Source: Isurus oxyrinchus
Taxonomy: Eukaryota
DNA length: 64,000 nucleotides
NCBI GenBank assembly: GCA_026770705.1
Contig: JANJGN010000030.1
Coordinates: 22,196,001 to 22,260,000, forward strand
Direction of reading: 5' to 3'
Shown: positions 1-12,234 of the stretch, piece by piece
Numbering within the stretch: position 1 is the stretch's first letter
Layout of the letters: each line of letters starts with the position of its first letter
The notes under the pieces: model-generated
Database searches by the model: none
What the model was told of the DNA's origin: nothing
The model's input: only the letters and a program-made list of their open reading frames with translations
Program-made: the position numbers and the translations under genes

Positions 1-254
1 TTCTCACCGCGATGCCCCGTTTTGGGGGACTGGTTCTTTAAACATTGACCTACCTTTTCTCCTGGCCAGTCCTACCTTAGCAGCTCTGTGTGTTTCCTGC
101 ATTTTTTTGCTTTCGGTTTGCAATTTCCTTCCTGTGCCTGATGTTCAGGGAGTATCAGAAAGGACATCAGTCGGAGTGATTGGACAATGCGAACAGTACC
201 CGTCAAACCAGGAATGCAACACCCTAGTAGGAGTTTCAATTGACCTATGGTGAT

Positions 255-840
255 CAGAAACTTAATGGAACAAGCCACATAAATACTGTGACTACAAGAT
301 CGGGTCAGAGATTCTACAGTGAATAACTCGCCTCCTGACTCCCCAAAACCTTTCCATCATTAAGAAACCACAAATTAGGAGCGTGATAGAATACTCTCCC
401 ATTCGCCAGCTTGAGTGCAGCTCCAACAATACTTAAAAAGTTCGACACCATCCCCAGGACAAAGCAACCTGCTTTATCAGCATCCCATCCACCACCTTAA
501 ACATTCACTCCATCCACTACTGGCAGTGACTCCCAAACCCACAAGCTCTAGCAACTGGAAGGACAAGGGCAGCAGATAGATGGGAACACCACCATCTGGA
601 AGATCCCCCTCCAAGCCACTCACCATCCTGACTTGGAAATATATCGCCGTTCCTTCACTGTCGCTGGGTCAAAGTCCCAGAACTCCCTCCCTAACCGCAC
701 TGTGGGTGTACCTACACCACATGGACTGCAGCGGCTTAAGAAGGCAGCTCACCCACCACCTTCTCAAGGGCAGTTAGGGATGGGCAATAAATGCTGGCCT
801 TGTCATTGACGCCCACATATCATGAACAAATAAAAAGAAA
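255..840 (+). mobile_element. 3' end of a Crack/Daphne/L2-type (non-CR1) LINE
   Basis: Colinear with 37030-37473 (GAATACTCTCCC..GAGTGCAGCTCCA..GACACCAT..CATTCACTCC..CCATCCTGACTTGGAAATATATC). Ends with the tail GGCAGTTAGGGATGGGCAATAAATGCTGGCC..CCCACAT..ATGAA and an A-rich end. Confidence 0.75.
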
Positions 841-859
841 TCTCCTGATATAGTGAGGG

Positions 860-2260
860 GGCGAGCTAAACATCATAAAGAAATAATGTGGTAGAAACAA
901 TTTTCTTATAATGGGGGATTTTAATTTTCACATATGCTGGAAGGTGGTGAATATCTCGGGTAATAAAGACAGTAGCATTTTTAAAATGCGTTTGGATGTA
1001 TTTCTAGAACTGACCAGGGAACAGAGCTTACTCAATTTAATCATGACTAATGAGCCAGAACTAGTTAACAATCTGAGGGTAAGGAAAAATCTTGCAAATA
1101 GTGACCCATAATATAATTCAATATTAGGTTTGAATAGAAGACGGTAAACCGAGATTTTACATTTAAGCACGTCAAATTTCAAAGGAGCAAGGAATAAATT
1201 GAGCGCATCCGAAGATAAGATATGCATAGGTAAACCTTTAGGCTGACAGTGGGAAGCATTCAAAGATGTTTTTGGATTGAACACAAAGCAGTACACAGTC
1301 CTGCAAGGCAAAAGCTCCATTGGTGGAGTTAAGTGAGAATGGTCAAGAAGTTAGGTAACAGACAGTATCAAATGAAAAGATGTACACAAAAACAAGGAAT
1401 AGTAGAGCGCCAACAGACTGGGGTAGCAAGAAAGAGATACAAAGAAAGCACAGAAAGGGAACACGAGAAAAACTTTTAAGGGGTATCAAAGCTAACAGTG
1501 CAAGTTTCTAAAAGTATGTTAGGAGACAAAGGATGGTAAAGGTGATAGTGGACCTGCTAAAGCAGGAGAGACGAAAATGGACAGTACAGAAATGGCAGAC
1601 TTGTTAAATAAAGTTTTATGTGTCTATTTTTACAGTGACAGATAGGAGCAAAAAATCAAGTGGTATAAACTAAACTAAAAATCATTCAGGACAAGAAATT
1701 TATTGAGTGTAATGTAAGCACAAAACTGGAGAAAATAATGGGACTTGAGATAAACAGATCTTCCAAGAGAAGCTCTGAGCACCATACCTCAGGAAGGACA
1801 TATTGGCCTTAAGGCAGGACAGAGCGGATTCACCAGAATAATATTAGGGTTTAGAGGGTTAATTTATGAGGGCAAGTTGCATAAACTTGGCTTATATTAC
1901 TTTGAGTTTAGCAAGTTAAGGCGTGCTCTAAGTAATGTGTTTAAAACAGTAAAATGATTCGACAGGGTAGTTTCTCCAGTGGAGAAATTCAAAACAAGGG
2001 TGCCTCTTCTTAAAATTGGAATCGTGCCATTCAGTGGAATAGGGAAACATTTTTCACACAAAGGGTAGTGGAAGTCTGGAATTGTCTTCCTTAAAAGGCT
2101 GTGGATGCTGAAGTCAATTAAGATCTCCAACAGTGAGATTGATGGATTTTTGTTGTGAGGGGATTGAGGGATAGGGATCAATGGTGGATAGATAGAGTGC
2201 AGGTGTAGACCAGCAGAAGAGGCTTGAGGGCTGAAAGGCCTCCTCTTCTTCCTAATGTTC
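860..2260 (+). mobile_element. Heavily deleted old CR1 LINE
   Basis: APE endonuclease remnant MGDFNF..LLNLIMTNEPELVNNLRV (ORF 911-1111). Later ORF2 C-terminal remnants and a CR1 3'-UTR-like end (GGCTTGAGGGCTGAAAGGCCTCCTCTT). Confidence 0.7.
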
Positions 2261-2304
2261 CAAAGAACGCATAGGGTCGCTTGTGCAGAGCGTGAATATT
2301 GTTG

Positions 2305-2460
2305 AAAAGGGAGACCATGTTACTGAAACTTTTCATCTTGCACTCATCAGGACAAACACAAGAAAGCCAAATTTTAAACGATCATGGTAAATTACACTGC
2401 AGGAGAAAAGGGTGCTGATTGGTTGACAAGTGGACTCTGGCGTTGCCATGGAGAAAGCAT
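2305..2460 (-). mobile_element. Penelope-like element family B, pLTR fragment
   Basis: TCTTGCACTCATCAGGACAA..GGTGCTGATTGGTTGACAAGTGGACTCTG is shared with 34380-34887 and 56470-56810. Confidence 0.7.
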
Positions 2461-2704
2461 GGTTCCCCATTGCAATGCCTTGGCAAGATGGAAAGATTCA
2501 TCAGCTTGTCTCTCTTTTTATCAACATGTAGGTTGGTGGATTGGGAGCTTAGAAGGACCAAGGGAGTAAAGTTCGGGGGGGTATTGGGGGGGGGGGGGGC
2601 GCTGCTGGCAAGCATTTTGCTGAAATAACAGAGGAAGAAGACAGATTACAATGAAGAGAGAAACAGTGAGTGTCACAGGCAAAAGAACAAAGCAAGGGCC
2701 TTTG

Positions 2705-2840
2705 AACAAAAACAGAAAATGCTAGAAAAACTCAAATGGTCCAACAGCATCTGCGGAGATAAAAACAGAGTTAACATTTCAAATCTGTATGATTCTTCTT
2801 CAGAGCTGAAGAGAAGTAAAAATGTGATGAAATTTATACT
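2705..2840 (-). mobile_element. Penelope-like element family A, pLTR fragment with hammerhead-like motif
   Basis: Reverse complement reads AGCT-CTGAAGA-A-GAATC-ATACA-GATTT-GAAA-TG-TT-AACT..GATGCTGTTGGACCATTTGAGTTTTTCTAGCA. Homologous to 10118-10255. Confidence 0.7.
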
Positions 2841-3290
2841 TAGGCCCTTGAATGCTGGGAATCTAGTCAGCAAAACCAAGGAAACGTTGTTCCTGGTTAT
2901 TATTTATCTGTTTAACTCAGAAGGTATTTTGAGACATCCGGAGTATATAATAGTTGCTATACAAATGCAAATTCTCTCTAATATTTCTTAAACTTTGATT
3001 CATCCTGTTTCAAGTCTTGTGGCCTGGAAGTTTGGAACAGTTTGTGGCCTCTTTAGTGTAGATATCCTAAGTCTACCTGAGGGTAGACAACACCTGTCAT
3101 TAAAAAAACCTTTATCCCATTAGAGAAACAGAGACAGAGCTTTGTCCATTCAGAGGGGGAGAGAACCTTGATCCCTTCAGAGAGAGGAGTCTTTCATCTC
3201 CAGGTCTTTTGCCTCTGCTGGGGGGACAGAGAGGGACAGACACAGACAGAGGGGATGAGAACAGACAAACAAAAGGAAAACAGAGGTCGG

Positions 3291-3893
3291 GGGCTGAATT
3301 TTTTGGCCCCGGCAGCAGCCATTTGTGCCAAGGTGGGGTCAGGGACGGCAGGACATGTCCCCATGAGGTAGGTAGCCAGTTAGGCCCATTCAGAGCCTTG
3401 TTAAAGGCACTAACGGGAAGCCAGATGGGATATTCCAGTCAGCCTCCAGTTTCCTGAAGTGATGGGGAGCAGTTTAATTGCCTCAAGATGTGCACTCAGC
3501 ATCAGGCTAGTGGGTAGGGTGTGGGGGAGGGAGGGGAAAGGACAGGGAGGGCTGCAGTCCAGGCCCTCCTTGCCTGCCTGGGTACAGGTACAGCTAAATA
3601 TCACCCTGTAGAGTGTAGAGGGGTTACCCCATGCACAGCAATAGCCTGCCTATTGAACCTGTTTTTAATTTAAAGTTCTAGAGAAGTTGGTGAGAGGGTG
3701 CCTCATGTCAAAGTGCCCTCTCTGTTACTCACCCTCTACAGCAGCATGCTGTCCTCTGAAGCTGGGAGGCATCCAATTGGCTTCAAGAGCCCACCTGGTG
3801 CCCTTAATTGGGAATCTGCCTCTGTGCCAATTAAGGGGCACTTCCATCAAAATCCCAATGAGTGACTGTTTCATCCCATGGGAAAATTCAGCC
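3291..3893. mobile_element. Non-autonomous DNA transposon (Harbinger-like MITE)
   Basis: Terminal inverted repeats GGCTGAATTTT ... AAAATTCAGCC. Internal 3690-3830 is similar to 5890-6015. Confidence 0.55.
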
Positions 3894-3908
3894 AGAGAGT
3901 GAGACATA

Positions 3909-4791
3909 NNNNNNNNNNNNNNNNNNNNNNNNNNNNNNNNNNNNNNNNNNNNNNNNNNNNNNNNNNNNNNNNNNNNNNNNNNNNNNNNNNNNNNNNNNNN
4001 NNNNNNNNNNNNNNNNNNNNNNNNNNNNNNNNNNNNNNNNNNNNNNNNNNNNNNNNNNNNNNNNNNNNNNNNNNNNNNNNNNNNNNNNNNNNNNNNNNNN
4101 NNNNNNNNNNNNNNNNNNNNNNNNNNNNNNNNNNNNNNNNNNNNNNNNNNNNNNNNNNNNNNNNNNNNNNNNNNNNNNNNNNNNNNNNNNNNNNNNNNNN
4201 NNNNNNNNNNNNNNNNNNNNNNNNNNNNNNNNNNNNNNNNNNNNNNNNNNNNNNNNNNNNNNNNNNNNNNNNNNNNNNNNNNNNNNNNNNNNNNNNNNNN
4301 NNNNNNNNNNNNNNNNNNNNNNNNNNNNNNNNNNNNNNNNNNNNNNNNNNNNNNNNNNNNNNNNNNNNNNNNNNNNNNNNNNNNNNNNNNNNNNNNNNNN
4401 NNNNNNNNNNNNNNNNNNNNNNNNNNNNNNNNNNNNNNNNNNNNNNNNNNNNNNNNNNNNNNNNNNNNNNNNNNNNNNNNNNNNNNNNNNNNNNNNNNNN
4501 NNNNNNNNNNNNNNNNNNNNNNNNNNNNNNNNNNNNNNNNNNNNNNNNNNNNNNNNNNNNNNNNNNNNNNNNNNNNNNNNNNNNNNNNNNNNNNNNNNNN
4601 NNNNNNNNNNNNNNNNNNNNNNNNNNNNNNNNNNNNNNNNNNNNNNNNNNNNNNNNNNNNNNNNNNNNNNNNNNNNNNNNNNNNNNNNNNNNNNNNNNNN
4701 NNNNNNNNNNNNNNNNNNNNNNNNNNNNNNNNNNNNNNNNNNNNNNNNNNNNNNNNNNNNNNNNNNNNNNNNNNNNNNNNNNNNNNNNNNN
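3909..4791. other. Assembly gap (883 N)
   Basis: Run of N, flanked on the right by a (CA)n microsatellite. Confidence 0.99.
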
Positions 4792-4805
4792 ACACAGGTG
4801 CTTCT

Positions 4806-4868
4806 GCACACATACGCACATGCACACACACACACACACACACATATATACATACACATACAAACACA
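4806..4868. repeat. (CA)n microsatellite
   Basis: Imperfect CA dinucleotide run. Confidence 0.9.
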
Positions 4869-4899
4869 GAGGAACAGATCAACAAAGTGTCAGAAATAC

Positions 4900-5005
4900 A
4901 GTAATAAAAGCAGAAAATGCTGGAAAAACTCAGCAGGTCTACAGCATCAGTGGAGAGAGAAACAGAGTTAACATTTCGAATCCATATGATGCTTATTGAG
5001 AGCTG
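4900..5005 (-). mobile_element. Penelope-like family A pLTR fragment (degenerate)
   Basis: GCAGAAAATGCTGGAAAAACTCAGCAGGTCT..CAGAGTTAACATTTCGA is the reverse complement of the family A tail. Confidence 0.7.
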
Positions 5006-5599
5006 AAATACAGTGTTAGGCAAAGAGTGGGAAAGAGACATCTGGAGAGAAGACTTTTGTTAGAAATGTGAATTTTGCAATAATACATAGACAAAGTAAC
5101 TCCAGTCATTTCTCTGTGTGCCAAACACTTGCCAATTTATTAAAGATTAAATACTACACTTACTCACGACCAATACCTGAGATTACAAAGGATGCTTCAC
5201 AGCGATACGGTGCATCAAAGCATCTCCAGATGTCTTTCTTTATCTACCAATCTCATATTGCAATTGCCTTGTTTTTGAGTTCAGTTAAAAGGACCATTAC
5301 ATCAGCTCCTCCAAGACCTTCACTCTGGGTTTTACAGCAAGTATTATTAGTGTGGCACAGCAAAGGCTCAAAGACGCTCCATAGCACGTCCTCAGGACAT
5401 TATATAAGCTACCTTACCTATTGTCTCATTCGGAAAATTATATAGATGGATCCACAAGAAGATTCAGACTTTTCAAGACTATTGTAGCTACAGTCTCACA
5501 GGTTTATTGTCATTCTGGAGTTTCAGAAAATTGTGAAAGAAATTACCCACAAAATGAAGTCTTTCATACAAAGTGGAATTTGAATATAACTTTAACATG

Positions 5600-6122
5600 T
5601 CTCCTTGAACACTTACATCCCACCACAGACAGGAAACCCTCATTCCTTCACTTTAAGGAGGCGTCTGGGCTCTCCCAGCCTGCCTGAGTACAAGTGCAGC
5701 TAAAAGCTGTCCTTGTATAGAGATTTCACCTCCCTCTCTGCACCCCCCTCCCCCAACCCTGACCCCCACGCCCTCCTCCCTCCCCCGCTACACCCCTTCT
5801 GCCCTCCCCTCCCCGCCACCTCTCCCCCCACAGTTGTGGCCTGACTGTTGAACGTGTTTCTTCTTTATGTAAAATGTTAAAAAAAAGTTGGTGAGAGGCG
5901 GCCTCATGCTGAAGCACCGTCTCTCGTACTTACCCTCTACTGCAGTGTGCCGCCACTCTCAACCTGGAAGGCCTCCAATTGGCTTCAAGAGCACGCCTAG
6001 TTCCCTTAATTGGACAAGGAAACCTGTCTCCATGCCAATTACAGGGGGATGCCTACGTGAAAATCCCATCGAGTGAAACAGTTCCGACACCTGTTCCCAG
6101 CACCAGGTCGGGTAAATCCAGC
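5600..6122. mobile_element. Second, diverged copy related to the 3291-3893 MITE
   Basis: Shares GGTGAGAGG..CCTCATG..TACT(T/C)ACCCTCTAC..TCCAATTGGCTTCAAGAGC..CCCTTAATTGG. Left boundary uncertain. Confidence 0.5.
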
Positions 6123-6829
6123 TCCGAGCGTCGAGCCATTTGACAAACATCCATCCAGCTCTCTGAATGTGTCAGAGTTAAGTGCGCCATCCAGGATTGC
6201 AATCGGGAGTAGGCAGATGAGGAAGATCCCGGGTGAGATGCCTAGTTTTGATGGATTTGGAGGTCCTGAGGTTGGGTGCTCCCATTAGGCCGGAATTCTC
6301 CCCTGCCCTCGCCGATGGGTGGAGGGTGGGAGGATGGTTGGGGGTGGTGGGGGGGGGGTGGGGGGGGGGTGGGGGGTAGAATTTGGCACGAGGCCCAAAA
6401 ATCGGTCGGTTTCACGGCGGGATCTTCCAATGCTGCCCGCCATGGTGGATCGGGAATCCCACCGGAAGCCGGCATGAAACCGACTTGCATCCCGCTAATG
6501 GGATGCAAATGAAAGCTGGACCGGAATCACCCCCCCCCACCCCCACCCCACCCCCATGCCGGATTCTCCATTAAGCCGGCAAGAAAACACGCCGGCCCAG
6601 AACATGTCCGGACAAGTGTGACGTGCTGAAGTAGGATCTCACCGTTAAGGCCTTGCTCAGATTGCAGACATCTGAGGAGGAGAAGGTGCCGGGGCTCCAC
6701 AGCTGCCGCACCCTGGAGGAACACGTGCATCGCACACTGGGTGACTCTGTCACGAAGCAGCTTTCTAAGGATTCAGATCTTCATGGATCTCACCGATGCT
6801 TCAGCCCTGCTGGGCTGGTAAGGACGCAG

Positions 6830-7690
6830 CGAAGGAGGGTGGGGATTGGGGAAGGTTTAGGTGTGAGGGGCAGAGGAAGGCCTTAGGGAGAGGGGGGTGA
6901 AGATGGGTGGTGGGGGTGAAGGTGTCATGGGGAGGGGTAAAGATGGGAGGTGGAGATTGGAACGGGGAAGGTGTAACGGGAGAGAATGGTGCAAGTCGGG
7001 AGGCAGCTAATATGAGGGAGGAAGGCGTAAGGGAGGGAGTTTGGAGCGGTGGAAGATGTCGGGGGGAGGGGGGAGGAGAGAGAAAATACGGGGGTGGAGG
7101 AAGGAGTTTGGAAGGGGGAAGGTGTCATGGAGGATGAGGGGATACAGGGATGATGAAGAAGTTCAGAGTGAGAAGGTGTCCATAGGGAGAAGGGAGTACG
7201 GGGTGGGGAGAGGAAAGGAGTAAGGGGGGAGGAAAGTGTAAGGGGAACGTGCAAGGTAGGGGTCTGTGGAGTCAATGACTGCCTCCTGGTGAACGAACTG
7301 AGGGTGGGTGTGGTAGGGGGGGATGGTTAGAGTGAGAAAGGGCAGAGGGAGGCGGGAGAGTGAGGGTGCATTGGTAACAGTAGAAGGGGTGGCGGGGGTG
7401 GTTGGTGGGGTCACCGAGGCAGACACTGACCCTGGGGGTGGGAAGGAAGAGGTTGGTGGTTCACCATGGATGGGGGTGGGTTCTCTGGAAGGTAGGGACC
7501 GTGCACATCCACCTGGGCATCCTGGAATGGAGAAGGGTTTGGGCTGGAAGGTGACGGTGGGGAGGTCGAAGATTATGCCAGGGGTGTCTATTGTTATGGG
7601 GGAAAGGCCTAGATGAGTGGGAGGGGAAATGGTAGAGGAGCTCATGAGGAATTTGACCACCACCATCTTTATGAAATTGAAAGTGGGCGG
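6830..7690. repeat. Purine-rich (G/A) low-complexity block inside the Harbinger-like element
   Basis: Strong G/A skew with many GGG runs and no credible protein. Confidence 0.7.
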
Positions 7691-9710
7691 AGCCTCGTGT
7701 CGGACGGGCAGAGGTGCTGCATGGGAACGCGGTCAGTGGGTGGGCGGAGATGCAGGTCAGCTCCGAGGGACAACTGAAAGAGAACCCCAGCAGGCAGCAT
7801 TGAAGATACTCGAGACATTAAGCTGAGTGTGATGGATGAAGGCTCCGCGTGTGTGGGAGAGAGCTTGCACGAGGCTCCACAAAGCCCTGCCACAGACACT
7901 TCTCCCTCCAGAATCACTCATGGTCCGGCTGAACTGCTAGTGTTGGGGGTGGGGAGATGGTGGGGTGGGGGGGTGGGGTGTCCTGCAAAGCATATGTAAT
8001 GAGGCTGAATGACAACAGTAGACATTATTTAACAAGAGTGAATATGTTTGCAGCTAATTCAGTGACAGTGTTCACCTGTGAAACCACTTGAGATCAAATT
8101 TTCTTGATTTTATGTTGCCTACCACTTCTTCTAAGTGTTGCCCTGACAGCCGCAGCAGGCGTGGACGAGACCTGTGGAGTTGTCTGCTCTGTTGCCTTTG
8201 ATAAACTTGGTGGCCATGCCCTGGACAGCTGAGGCCTGGAGGGCCCCGGCTTGCTTTGGCTGTCCCCCTGTGGGCCAGCTGCTCCCCCTGTGGTGACAGA
8301 GGACGAGGTTGAAGGGGTCACAGGCAAAGTGGACTCTGAGGGAGTGGACAGCCTCTGAGAGTCCAGAGTGGATGGCCCAGGGCTGTTTAGTTGCTGCTCC
8401 ACATCCCGTTGGGTGCCCGAGGGCCCCGGCCTGATTCCTTGAGGGGAAGGGGCACCTGGAGGGACGTTGAGGTGCTCCATTCCCCTCTCGCGTAGCCACT
8501 GCATGAACTTATCCATGGCAACAGCAATGGAGTGCAGGTCTGTGCGCATCTGTGGCAGAAACTGGGCGTCTTGCTGGACAAGGTTCTCCATGGTGTTCGC
8601 CATCCTCCCCACGGAGGCCTCCATGCGCACACATGTGGGCAGCACTTCATCAGAGAGCAGGCGGACAGACCCCTTCGACTCATGTGCCAGTCTGCTGAGG
8701 GTTTCCAACAGCTCTGCATGATGTGCCCCCGCCACTTGCTGACATCTCTCGAGGCTCGTCATCCAACTCGGACCTCACAGATGCCTCTTCCCCAGCAGTC
8801 CTCCGAGTGCCGGGGAGCTTGGCCGACCCTCCCTCCTCCTGCTGCGGACACGTGTCCGTGTGGTGACCACCAGATTGTGAGACCCTTCCTAAACTAGCAC
8901 TAATACCCACTGAGCTGGTGGAGGGTGCAAGTGACACCTCTACAGGCGTGGAGCTCCCTCCTGGCTTACCTCGGGGCTGGGTCTGGAGCCGACGCCTGAT
9001 AGGGAGCCCTCTCCTCTTCCTCCTTCTCAGGCCTCGGTCTCCTCCTGGAGGCACCTGTAAGTGAGGTAGAAGAGTGCAAGTGACAGCATCAGCTGCCTCC
9101 AACATGGATGCACGTTCAACCCTCGGGTTTGCATTGATGCATGAATCCTCATTGTTGGGTGCCCAAAGCTGAGGTCCCCATCGCCAATGGCTCTGTCCTG
9201 CTCTACTCCGCGGAGCTCAGATGCCCTCTCCTTGAATTCTGTCAGAGACCTGAAAAATGGTCACCCTTCACCCCCTCCCCCAAACCCCGTCTTCTCGTGT
9301 TGTCTGCGACTGTGACGGAGCTTCTCCTGCTCAAAGATGAGAGCATGTCTGAGAGGAGTCGGATGTGGGCATGGATTGGTGCGGAAGAAATTGGTTCATT
9401 CATCATCATCCCTCCCCTCAGAAGATAGCCCACCTTGCGGCACATCGTCACTGGTGCGAATTGGGCAGAAGGGCTGTGGACCAGCTCCCTCCAGAGCGCT
9501 GAGCAAATCCACAGGCATGGGGAAGGCTCAGACAGGCGTGTGATTTGCAGAGGTTGCTGGTTCCCTCTGGGCCTAAGTCAGTTCTCCCCATATCTTACCC
9601 TCAACCAACCCCCCCACCCCCCCTTCCATACCATGTTCCATGTCTGCTGAAGGGTGAGGGGGGCACAGTGGACTGCAGTGTGGAAGCACTGAAGTGGATC
9701 TGTGAGGCAG

Positions 9711-10255
9711 TTCCGGACTGAATATTGAATTCAACAACTTTAGGTCGTGAGCTCCCTCCCCCATCCCCACCCCCTTTCTGTTTCCCCCTTCCTTTTTTTT
9801 CCAATAAATTATAAAGATTTTCCTTTTCCCACCTATTTCCATTATATAATAAAAAAAACGCCCCCACTAGAGCTATACCTTGAGTGCCCTACCATCCATT
9901 CTTAATTAGCACATTCGTTTAGATAATATCACCAACTTTAACTTTAACACCTATGTGTTCTATTGTACCATTGTCGTTGACATCTTTTGATGATCTGCTT
10001 CTATCACTGCTTGTTTGTCCACAAAACCACCTCTCTCTCTCTCTATCTCTCCGCCCCCCCCCCACACACACACCTTAAACCAGCTTATATTTCAACTCTT
10101 TCTTGGACTCGAACTCAAGTTCTGTCGAAGGGTCATGAGGACTCGAAACGTCAACTCTTTTCTTCTCCGCCGATGCTGCCAGACCTGCTGAGTTTTTCCA
10201 GGTAATTCTGTTTTTGTTTTGGATTTCCAGCATCCGTAGTTTTTTTGTTTTTATC
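9711..10255 (+). mobile_element. 5'-truncated Penelope-like element (family A) inserted in the Harbinger element
   Basis: Begins with the GIY-YIG C-terminus SGLNIEFNNFRS*, followed by pLTR with hammerhead motif. 12-bp TSD TCTGTGAGGCAG at 9699-9710 and 10256-10267. Confidence 0.85.
10118..10156 (+). ncRNA. Minimal type-I hammerhead ribozyme motif (variant core)
   Basis: AGTT-CTGTCGA-A-GGGTC-ATGAG-GACTC-GAAA-CG-TC-AACT: stem I AGTT/AACT, stem II GGGTC/GACTC, palindromic ACGT stem III, GUC cleavage triplet. Confidence 0.7.
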
Positions 10256-11454
10256 TCTGTGAGGCAGGGCACGTCATTGCCACTAGGCCTTGGACCTTGA
10301 CATATTGGAGCCTTTGTGCTTTATGTGACCATCTGATGAGACTCACCCTGGCGGACCAAATAAGGTTGTTCATCCCCCTCTGGGACTGTGTTGCTGACTT
10401 CTTGTGCACCCCCTGGGCACTGAGGGCATTGGCCACCTGCGCCCGTTCAGTGTGGTAATCCCTGCTTGGCCTCCTCCTGCCATCAGGTGGGTACAGCACA
10501 TTGCTGAGCACCTCCGCATGGTCCAGGAGGACGCACAGGGAGGCGTCACTAAATTTCGGAATTTAGGCCGCTGGATGACCTTGCAGACGTCTCTGTTTTC
10601 GGTCTGACATTGTGGATGTCCGGGCGACTTTTAGATATGGCGCCCAGATATGATGGCGGGACGCGCGCTATCAAACCTGGAAGATGGCGCAGAAACCCCC
10701 GGATACGTAATTAATGTCAGGGGCGGGAAGATATGGCACGGCTTCCCATCGGCCTCTGCAGCGGGAGACACTCGCTGGCCCTGCTGCTGATATTGGACTT
10801 AGTCCCGGGTTGGGAGAATTCCGCCCTTCATCTCAGATATCCTTGACTGGGAGCAAAATGAAAACACAGCAGAGGTCTTGACCTCCTCAACTACCTGCTC
10901 GTAAAAAGGTCACCTGGCAAGACCTGGATCAGACTCGCCTTTGATGCTTCTCACAGCCTGTGCCCCATACCACCCAGCCTTGAATTACCAAGTGCTGAAA
11001 TGGGGAGTTGCCCAGACAGCGGCGATTAAAGGGTTAATGTCGAGGGGTTGGTTGAGCAGATGATGCGCTGTGGATTTCGGGACTGAATCTCCCCCAGTGG
11101 GTGGCGGGGGGTGGGGGGCGGGGAAGTGGACAGGGTGGGGAAGGGGGAGGGGCTGAGGCGGGTGCAAAGTGTAAAATATTTGAAGTATAACAGCAGTGGT
11201 CTGTCAGTGGGAGTTGCCCTCGTAGGGTGTGCCCGTTAGATCGCAGCTGAAGCTTTTTACCTCCTTGAGGACGCATGACATAACCGCATTCAAAATCCCG
11301 GCTTCTCCTGCCAAATGTTTGCGGTAAGACAAGATGGTAAATGGGAAAGTGGGATAGGATTGCAAGAAACTGGGATTTCTCTTCAAGATTGCTTCAACAG
11401 AAGCATTTTTATATAACACCTTTGCCATACTAACCCACTCCAACCCTTCCTTAA

Positions 11455-11626
11455 TATATCCCTCAACCAACATCATGAAAAAAACATAATATACCTCATT
11501 GCTGTTTGTGGGAGCTTGCTGTGTGCAAATTTTCCCACATTACATTGGTGACCACACTTCTAAAACTACTTAATTAGCTCTAATGCACTTGGGGATGGGC
11601 CTGAGGTCGTGCTATATAAATGCAAA
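11455..11626 (+). mobile_element. DeuSINE (SacSINE1/AmnSINE1-like) 3' fragment
   Basis: TATCCCTCAACCAACATC..CATTGCTGTTTGTGGGAGCTTGCTGTGTGCAAATT..GCTATATAAATGCAA. Confidence 0.75.
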
Positions 11627-12234
11627 CTGGAATCCTGTTGAAAGAGAGGAAAGTTTCTCCCCTCACCGACTGCCTGGCCTTACGGCCTAGGACACCCAGG
11701 CCACAGAATCACTCACAGGAACAAGTCCCATTTGGTTTTGATACAATAGTCCCAAAATATAGGTGCTGTTATTTGACCAGATGTCCGAGGTGAGGGCCAA
11801 GCCAATCCATTTAAATACAAACATCCTGATAAAATTTATCTGGGTGTATTTGACTGACAGCCCTTTCTGAGTTTCAGAGATTTGAAAATTTGATTTGTCC
11901 AATATTCTTAAGAAGTAATTCTCAGCTTCTCGTTCAAATTGAGGAATCTGCCATCAAAGGGAGATAGATAGTCAGCAATAAAACACCATGTAATATTCAA
12001 GGTCCAGTATAGCCTACATTGCAGCTCTGCATAGCATCTGGGGTAGGTTTTGTCTTTAACTTTCTGTAAAGGGATCGCTGAGCCAGTAACTGCTGTAAAT
12101 CCACAGTGTGCCGTTATTCCTGCTCCCTTACCCATTTCCGTTTTAATCTGTTTGGCAGCTTTAAGCCTCAACCACAGTCCAGCGAAGTGTTGATTCTGCC
12201 ACCTTGCGCTGTAGCGGGACATTATATCAAGGAA

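Larger units (their letters stand above)
8094..10610 (-). pseudogene. Spliced Harbinger-type Myb/SANT-like DNA-binding protein pseudogene
   Basis: Exon 1 (10610-10347) translates MSDRKQRRLQGHPAA*IPKFSDASLCVLLDHAEVLSNVLYPPDG..ERAQVANALSA..KKSATQSQRGMNNLIWSAR, then donor GTGAGT. This resembles the NAIF1/MSANTD-type Myb_DNA-bind_5 domain, with one in-frame stop. Acceptors near 9250 (SLTEFKERASELRG) and 9055 lead to a frameshifted helical/low-complexity C-terminus (ORF 8094-8762). Confidence 0.7.
6288..10826. mobile_element. PIF/Harbinger-like DNA transposon (~4.5 kb)
   Basis: 15-bp TIRs GGCCGGAATTCTCCC (6288-6302) and GGGAGAATTCCGCCC (10812-10826), 14/15 match. Flanks TTA/TTC resemble a 3-bp TWA TSD. 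GC-rich body carries a Myb/SANT-like gene. Confidence 0.75.

Noticed and set aside
3725-5041. Five ORFs of 320-440 aa
   Set aside because: They exist only because the N gap contains no stop codons.
6783-6805. MDLTDAS resembling the SYT3 motif KAMDLTGFS
   Set aside because: Flanking residues and splice sites do not match, and it lies inside the Harbinger element.
10333-10345. Isolated CTGATGA motifs (here and at ~57553)
   Set aside because: No downstream stem II, GAAA or stem I arrangement, so not hammerheads.
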